Source of the DNA: Bacteroidales bacterium
GTDB lineage: Bacteria > Bacteroidota > Bacteroidia > Bacteroidales > WCHB1-69
DNA length: 64,000 bases
Assembly: GCA_017540505.1 (NCBI GenBank)
Contig: JAFYAW010000015.1
Span: forward strand, 21,550-85,549
Reading direction: 5' to 3'
The notes below the pieces were generated by a model that ran no database searches, was not told where the DNA came from, and saw only the letters and a list, made by a program, of their open reading frames with translations. This document shows positions 58,544 through 64,000 of the stretch, piece by piece; position 1 is the first letter of the stretch; the number at the start of each line of letters is the position of its first letter. The translations under genes and the position numbers were made by a program.

Positions 58544-58583
58544 AGAGGCCAAGAAACGAATTGTTTCTTGGCCTCTTTGTTTT
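58544..58583. terminator. intrinsic terminator between convergent hydG and an OMP gene
   Basis: AGAGGCCAAGAAAC-GAATT-GTTTCTTGGCCTCT 14-bp stem followed by TTGTTTT. Confidence 0.85.
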
Positions 58584-58621
58584 CCATCCTTTTAGAGATG
58601 TTGTATTCCGGCAAATTTCTT

Positions 58622-59227
58622 TTAGAATGTGAAACCCACCTTCACCTGAATACCACCGTTGAAAATGTTAGCAGGCCGCGTGGATTGGTAGTTGTCCATA
58701 TAGAAGTAGTTGTATGAGGGGACACTTTTCAGATAGAATCCGGCGGAGAAAGTGAAGGCCTTCACCCGGAAGCCCGAGGCAACGGTGGCATACAGTCCGA
58801 ATCCGGATCTTTTCGTAACGGTCGTAACAGGATCTCCGTTTTCATAATATTCATAATCAAGGTTATAATTAGCCCCGAAGATGAAAGTGGTACCCGCTGC
58901 AATGTTGACAAGGGGTTTCACCGCCTTTCCACGGTCAAAATAGTGCCGGTAATTCAGGAACATCGGAACGCCATGGCTGGCAAAAACATCAACAGAATAG
59001 CCTAAGCCGATACCGAGCAGGTCTTGTGTGCGGTTGAACAGCATGCTGTTGATCACTACCCCCTCAAAGCCGACGTTGGTGCCCCAAGAGGAGCCGCCCA
59101 GATAGAATCCGTACTCATTAATAATATTGTAAGAGAGTTTCTTTTCCGTATTGTCTTGCGCGGAAAGAGACAGCGTGCCGCAAAAGAGCACAAGAGCTGA
59201 TAAAATCACGAATCGTTTCATTTTCAT
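58622..59227 (-). CDS. outer-membrane beta-barrel protein (porin-family-like, hypothetical)
   Basis: The start is taken at ATG 59227 (MKMKRFVILSALVLFCGTLSLSAQ); the track starts at 59254. Alternating beta-strand pattern and terminal ..VGFTF. A -7 box lies at 59300-59307. Confidence 0.72.
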   Translation of the reverse strand: MKMKRFVILSALVLFCGTLSLSAQDNTEKKLSYNIINEYGFYLGGSSWGTNVGFEGVVINSMLFNRTQDLLGIGLGYSVDVFASHGVPMFLNYRHYFDRGKAVKPLVNIAAGTTFIFGANYNLDYEYYENGDPVTTVTKRSGFGLYATVASGFRVKAFTFSAGFYLKSVPSYNYFYMDNYQSTRPANIFNGGIQVKVGFTF

Positions 59228-59433
59228 AATGTTTTTGGATAAAAAGTTAAACAATATGGTTTATTATCTTTATTTGGAATGTTGTATTTTTACAAGAGGC
59301 AAAAATACATTTTTTCCCAATATGAAAAAGAAAAGGAAAAACGCATCCTATACAATCCCATCTTTCCGCTTTTTTTGTATATTTGCCCCCGCTTATTCTT
59401 AAAAAAGTATCATAACCCATTAATCAATCAAAT

Positions 59434-60633
59434 ATGAAGATTTTAGTTTTAAACTGCGGCAGTTCCTCCATCAAATACCAGCTGTTGGAAATGGAACCGC
59501 AACCCGAATTATTGGCCAAAGGTCTTGTGGAACGTGTAGGTCTGGAGATGGGTGAGTTCACCCACAAGCCTGTCGGCAAGGACAAATACTATGTGCAAAC
59601 CCCCATTGCCAACCACGAGGTGGGCGTGAAGCTGGTGTTGGAGGCCCTGATGGACCCGAAGCACGGCGTTATCAAATCGGTGGACGAGATCAACGCAGTG
59701 GGTCATCGTGTGGCGCACGGCGGCGAATATTTCGACCGCAGCATGATCATCGGTCCCAAGGAGCGCGAGGAGATCGCCAAGCTCTGCGAGTTGGCCCCGC
59801 TGCACAATCCCGCCTCCCTGCTCGGCATCGACGTGATGATGAAGCTGCTGCCCAATGTGAAACACGTGGGCATCTTCGACACCTCCTTCCATCAGACCAT
59901 GCCGCCTGAGGCGTTCCTGTACGCGCTGCCGTATGAATATTACACCGAAAAGAAAATTCGCCGCTACGGCTTCCACGGCACCAGCCACAAGTATGTGGGC
60001 CCGAAGGCCGCCGAAATGGTGGGCCTCGACTACAACAACTGCAAGATCGTGAGCTGCCACCTCGGCAACGGCGCATCCATCACCGCCATCAAAAACGGCA
60101 AATCCATTGACAACTCCATGGGCTTCACACCGGTGGAGGGCCTGATGATGGGTACCCGCTGCGGCGACATCGACGCCGGTGCCCTCATCTATATCATGGA
60201 TTCTGAAAAGATGGATACCAAACAGCTCAACACGTTCATCAACAAGAAGTGCGGTTTGTTAGGCATCTCTGGCAAGAGTGTGGATATGCGCGACATCCGC
60301 GCCGGACGCGATGCCGGTGATGAACGCTCCACCTACGCGTTCAACATGTTCGCCTACCGTGTGAAGAAGTACATCGGCGCCTACGCTGCCGCCATGGGTG
60401 GCGTGGACATCATCCTCTTCACCGGCGGCATCGGCGAGAATGCCTGGTTCCAGCGTGAAGCCATCTGCGACGGCCTCGAGTTCCTCGGCACCAAGCTCGA
60501 CAAGGAAGCCAACCAGAAGTATGCCGGCGAAGACGGCATCATCTCCACACCCGACTCCAGAGTGAAGCTGGTATCCGTAACCACCAACGAAGAACTGGTG
60601 ATGGCCATGGACACCTACAAACTGGTGAAATAG
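59434..60633 (+). CDS. ackA: acetate kinase
   Basis: 399-aa ORF (MKILVLNCGSSSIKYQL.., ..RRYGFHGTSH..). A TATATTTG box lies at 59378-59385. Confidence 0.96.
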   Translation: MKILVLNCGSSSIKYQLLEMEPQPELLAKGLVERVGLEMGEFTHKPVGKDKYYVQTPIANHEVGVKLVLEALMDPKHGVIKSVDEINAVGHRVAHGGEYFDRSMIIGPKEREEIAKLCELAPLHNPASLLGIDVMMKLLPNVKHVGIFDTSFHQTMPPEAFLYALPYEYYTEKKIRRYGFHGTSHKYVGPKAAEMVGLDYNNCKIVSCHLGNGASITAIKNGKSIDNSMGFTPVEGLMMGTRCGDIDAGALIYIMDSEKMDTKQLNTFINKKCGLLGISGKSVDMRDIRAGRDAGDERSTYAFNMFAYRVKKYIGAYAAAMGGVDIILFTGGIGENAWFQREAICDGLEFLGTKLDKEANQKYAGEDGIISTPDSRVKLVSVTTNEELVMAMDTYKLVK

Positions 60634-60656
60634 CTATACCATATTATAATAATAGA

Positions 60657-60692
60657 AAAGGTACGCTGGAAATCTCCAACGTACCTTTTTTA
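60657..60692. terminator. intrinsic terminator between convergent ackA and pruA
   Basis: AAAGGTACG-(14 nt)-CGTACCTTT hairpin followed by a T run. Confidence 0.75.
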
Positions 60693-60712
60693 TTTGGAAA
60701 CAGAAAACTGTT

Positions 60713-62341
60713 TTACTTAGCTAAGAAAGGATAGCCGTAGTCCGTTGCGGGAACGTAGGTTTCCTTGATGCAGCGGGAGCTGATCCAGCGGACAAGGTTG
60801 AGCATGCTGCCGGCCTTGTCGTTGGTACCGGACGCACGAGCGCCGCCAAACGGTTGGCAACCCACCACAGCACCCGTCGGCTTGTCGTTGATGTAGAAGT
60901 TGCCGGCGCAATGGCGCAGGATGTTCTCCGCTTGGATGATAGCGTAGCGGTCGCGGGCGAGGATGGAGCCGGTGAGAGCGTACGGAGAGGTCTCGTCGCA
61001 CACATGCAGCATTTCCTCATATTTTTCATCCTCATAGACATACACCGTGATGACGGGTCCGAAAATCTCTTCGCAGATGGACTCGTAGTTCGGAGCTTTG
61101 GCCACGATGATGGTGGGCTCCACAAAATAACCGACAGATTTGTCGTAATGGCCACCGAGGGCGATTTCAGCGTCCGGGGAAGCCTTGGCGCGGTCGATGT
61201 AGCCGGCAATGTTGTCGAAGGACTTCTCATCGATGACAGCATTGACGAAGTTGGAGAAGTCGCGCACATCACCCATCTTGACGGTCTTCATCATCTCCTT
61301 GATGTTGTCCAACGTGTCTCCCCACAGGGATTTGGGGATATAAGCGCGGGAGGCGGCGGAACACTTCTGGCCTTGGTATTCGAAAGCGCCACGCAGGATG
61401 GCCACAGCCAGTTCGCGTGCCGGAGCGGTCTTGTGGGCGAAGATGAAATCCTTGCCGCCGGTTTCGCCGACAATCTTCGGATAAGTATTATAGATGTCGA
61501 TGTTCTCACCGATGAGTTTCCAGAAGCTCTTGAACGTGGAGGTGCTGCCCGTGAAGTGGATGCCAGCCAAGTGCGGTGACTTGAAAGCCACGTCGCTGAT
61601 GACGGAGCCGCTACCCGGCAGGAAGTTGATGACACCATCGGGAAGACCGGCTTCCTGTAACAGTTTCATCAGATAGTAGTTGGAGAGGATGGCCGTGGTG
61701 GACGGTTTCCAAATGGTGACGTTGCCCATCAAAGCGGGAGCCACATTGAGGTTCAAGGCGATAGAGGTGAAGTTGAACGGCGTGATGGCATACACAAAGC
61801 CTTCCATGCCGCGGTACTCGTTGCGGTTCAGCGTGGCGTGGTCGGAGATGGGCTGCTGTCCGTACAGCTGGGAGGCAAAATAGGTGTTGAAACGCAGGAA
61901 GTCGATGGCCTCGCACGGGCAGTCGATTTCAGCCTGCATAGGGCTCTTGCCCTGGCCCAGCATACAGGAAGCATTCAGGATATAGCGGTATTTCGTGGCG
62001 AGGAGTTCGCCGGCCTTCATCATGATGGAAGCGCGCTGGATCCACGGCATCTCTTCCCAGTCCTTCTTGGCTGCCATGGCGGCGTCAATAGCCATTTGGA
62101 CCTCTTTCTTGCCCACTTTGTGATATTTGGCCAGCACATGGCTGTGCTCGGTAGGCATCACCACCTGACCCATGTCGCCGGTCTTCACTTCCTTGCCGCC
62201 AATGATGGGGCAGATCTCGATAACTTGGTTATATTGTTTGTCCAATTCAGCCTGCAGGAGCGCTCTTTCCGGCGTTCCGGGAGCATACGAAAACACAGGT
62301 TCGTTTTTCGGTTCTCTAAAGACGTAATTCGCGTTGTTCAT
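60713..62341 (-). CDS. pruA: L-glutamate gamma-semialdehyde (1-pyrroline-5-carboxylate) dehydrogenase
   Basis: The start is taken at ATG 62341 (MNNANYVFREPKNEPVFSYAPG..); the track starts at 62407. Aldehyde dehydrogenase motifs ..VGETGGKDF.. and ..GQKCSAASR... Confidence 0.92.
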   Translation of the reverse strand: MNNANYVFREPKNEPVFSYAPGTPERALLQAELDKQYNQVIEICPIIGGKEVKTGDMGQVVMPTEHSHVLAKYHKVGKKEVQMAIDAAMAAKKDWEEMPWIQRASIMMKAGELLATKYRYILNASCMLGQGKSPMQAEIDCPCEAIDFLRFNTYFASQLYGQQPISDHATLNRNEYRGMEGFVYAITPFNFTSIALNLNVAPALMGNVTIWKPSTTAILSNYYLMKLLQEAGLPDGVINFLPGSGSVISDVAFKSPHLAGIHFTGSTSTFKSFWKLIGENIDIYNTYPKIVGETGGKDFIFAHKTAPARELAVAILRGAFEYQGQKCSAASRAYIPKSLWGDTLDNIKEMMKTVKMGDVRDFSNFVNAVIDEKSFDNIAGYIDRAKASPDAEIALGGHYDKSVGYFVEPTIIVAKAPNYESICEEIFGPVITVYVYEDEKYEEMLHVCDETSPYALTGSILARDRYAIIQAENILRHCAGNFYINDKPTGAVVGCQPFGGARASGTNDKAGSMLNLVRWISSRCIKETYVPATDYGYPFLAK

Positions 62342-62482
62342 AGATTTTTTTGAAATTAAAATTATTAATGTTGTTTTGCTTGTTTGAAAAGCGCGGCAAA
62401 TATACAAAAAAGTAGTGTATGATATGCTTTTTTCTTATGAAATAATAATTCCGTCCGATGGCGGTATCTGCATATTATTTTG

Positions 62483-62490
62483 TATTTTTG
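62483..62490 (+). promoter_or_regulatory. -7 promoter box TATTTTTG (then CCGCC) for the 84-aa lipoprotein gene
   Basis: TAnnTTTG match 21 nt upstream of ATG 62511. The divergent pruA box CAAATATA lies at 62397-62404. Confidence 0.45.
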
Positions 62491-62510
62491 CCGCCTAAAA
62501 ACACACAGAT

Positions 62511-62765
62511 ATGAGAAAATATTGCATGATAATCGCTATGTTTTTCGGTGCCGGGCTCTTTTTCGGCTGTATGCACGAATGCTCCTGCATCATCTCCCAT
62601 GATGTTACACTTGGAGTTGAGCGGCATATCTATTCTGACACCCTATTGCTTGATTCCCATTCTGAATGTTCGAAAATGAACGAAGACACCACCTACATTA
62701 TCACGCAAAACGACACCCTCGGGACAATAAGCGCGTGGGCGCACCGGGTGACGGTTTGCGAGTAA
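62511..62765 (+). CDS. hypothetical small lipoprotein
   Basis: 84-aa ORF with signal/lipobox ..GAGLFFGC and several Cys. It has its own promoter box. Confidence 0.55.
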   Translation: MRKYCMIIAMFFGAGLFFGCMHECSCIISHDVTLGVERHIYSDTLLLDSHSECSKMNEDTTYIITQNDTLGTISAWAHRVTVCE

Positions 62766-62775
62766 AGAAAAACGG

Positions 62776-64000
62776 CTAATCTGTTTCGTCACGAACACAA
62801 CGAACAGACAATCCGCTTTTCAAATAATTAAGACCACTTCTAATGCAAAAATCACTTTTGTACAATTCATGACTAAATGCACTAGAACTAGAACCAAGTC
62901 TAGATGAACTCCAGAATACGGCCACATCGCCATAAACGGAGTAGCCACTTCCATAAAAGTAGCCCACAGCAAGGGCCGAGAAGCCAGTGGCATTATTTGT
63001 ATAATAGTCACATCCTGGTGTGCAGTTTACCCCGGAATAGTTCCAGGTCCTTTGTGAACATAATGCTTTGGTTATAGGATGAATATAAATGGGAGTACAC
63101 GAGTATTGTGGCTGTGCGCTGACATAATCAAACAACTGATACCATTCCGCATCACTGGGTACGTGCCATCCGACAGGGCAAATGCCCTGTACACCGTAAG
63201 AATTGGAAGATGAGGAATCACCATGCATCACAGCCAGCCAGTTGTACCAACAAGCGCGATCTTCGAAAGGAATACCGTATGGAGAATGGTAAAAATACGG
63301 TGCGGTGTCACTTACAAGAATGTTAAGGCTTTCAGGATTGAAATAATGAATTTCAGCAGGTATTGTGCCTCCGCTTGGTATGCTGCTACCATCAGAATAA
63401 TGGGTTGTACGCAAATTCTCTTTCATCCAGCATTGGGTGCCAATCTGCACTGTATTATATACATTTCCATCGTAATCAGTTACTGTGGGTGTACCTGTGC
63501 AAGGCACAGCGTCCCCTTGAACGGGGGGCGGGGGAGGCAAAGTTTGTAACACTAGGGTTATAAATTCACTGACGTGTTGTGATTGCCATATATCGCAGCA
63601 GACAATTCCACCAACATACGCCACATAACGCATCTTATCACCTATTAGAAATGGATGAGATGAGGAACCCTTGATGGATTTATCTTGTTGTAGAGACGGT
63701 GTGTGCGACATCTTTGTAGAAAAAAGATCGTATTCCACCGCATTCCGGCTACCCTTTCCCGTGTTCACTAGTCTCGCAGACACCTTTTTCCCATTCACAC
63801 GAGTGGTTAGCACATAGATACCTGGTGTTTTCAATGTAATACGTAAAGAGTGGATTCCTGTTTGTAAAGCGGTCAAATTCTGCGTCTCTATCACATGTCC
63901 GAGCATATCTGTGATTTCCACTTGCGCATCACCAGGCTCAGGCATTTGCAAATTAACCGTTGTGGTGCCATTGAACGGATTAGGAATGGTTTGTAGTGCG
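62776..64000 (-). CDS. FISUMP-domain protein preceded by a T9SS-sorting-like beta-sandwich (5' end outside window)
   Basis: The reading frame stays open from 63951 to the window edge (..ALQTIPNPFNGTTTVNLQMPEPGD..), so the gene is 5'-partial. The C-terminal ~240 aa match the Fibrobacter succinogenes major paralogous domain pattern (..DGNVYNTVQIGTQCWMKENL.., ..GICPVGWHVPSDAEW.., ..GLSVRCVRD). Confidence 0.75.
   Translation of the reverse strand, partial: ALQTIPNPFNGTTTVNLQMPEPGDAQVEITDMLGHVIETQNLTALQTGIHSLRITLKTPGIYVLTTRVNGKKVSARLVNTGKGSRNAVEYDLFSTKMSHTPSLQQDKSIKGSSSHPFLIGDKMRYVAYVGGIVCCDIWQSQHVSEFITLVLQTLPPPPPVQGDAVPCTGTPTVTDYDGNVYNTVQIGTQCWMKENLRTTHYSDGSSIPSGGTIPAEIHYFNPESLNILVSDTAPYFYHSPYGIPFEDRACWYNWLAVMHGDSSSSNSYGVQGICPVGWHVPSDAEWYQLFDYVSAQPQYSCTPIYIHPITKALCSQRTWNYSGVNCTPGCDYYTNNATGFSALAVGYFYGSGYSVYGDVAVFWSSSRLGSSSSAFSHELYKSDFCIRSGLNYLKSGLSVRCVRDETD

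Noticed and set aside
63661-63700. Fourth partial copy of the GTAGAGACG palindrome (TTGTAGAGACGG) inside the FISUMP gene.
   Set aside because: Only one arm is present, with no inverted partner, and it lies within a coding frame. It is probably a chance 11-mer match.

Overview
This is a 64-kb chromosomal segment that looks like a Bacteroidales (phylum Bacteroidota) genome. Supporting signs are TAnnTTTG-type promoter boxes upstream of most transcription units, several type IX secretion (T9SS) C-terminal sorting domains, the OMP/uppS/bamA/skp block and an atpD-atpC mini-operon. I call 56 protein-coding genes (one cut by the right edge), one tRNA-Gly(GCC), nine intrinsic terminators, a sample of promoter boxes and three families of short repeats. 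Most genes are housekeeping: pta, atpDC, pyrBI, purA, murB, apt, ilvE, infC-rpmI-rplT, uppS, bamA, three skp/ompH paralogues, mutS, speB, uvrA, gcvH, frr, pyrH, folP, grpE-dnaJ, surE, nrdJ, fabD, metK, hydG, ackA and pruA. I saw no rRNA, CRISPR array, integrase, transposase, phage genes or recognisable defence/toxin modules. Non-core material worth a second look: (1) a visibly AT-rich three-gene block (2.9-7.1 kb) beside tRNA-Gly, holding a translationally coupled Cys-rich lipoprotein plus a propeller-like/thioredoxin-like CxxC lipoprotein, and a T9SS cargo of unknown function. (2) A membrane-anchored LytTR regulator (28.5-29.5 kb) whose 560-bp divergent intergenic region carries two ~45-bp composite repeats, short-period arrays and an apparent gene remnant. 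(3) An 853-aa secreted PmbA/TldD-like protein without the metalloprotease motif. (4) A hydG plus TM1266-like regulator pair with no hydA/E/F in the window. (5) A right-edge gene in which a T9SS-sorting-like domain is internal and followed by a FISUMP domain. (6) GT-rich 7-8-bp arrays placed directly after stop codons, and a REP-like palindrome family. I could not demonstrate a complete novel multi-gene system from sequence alone, so the findings are ranked hypotheses with explicit tests.
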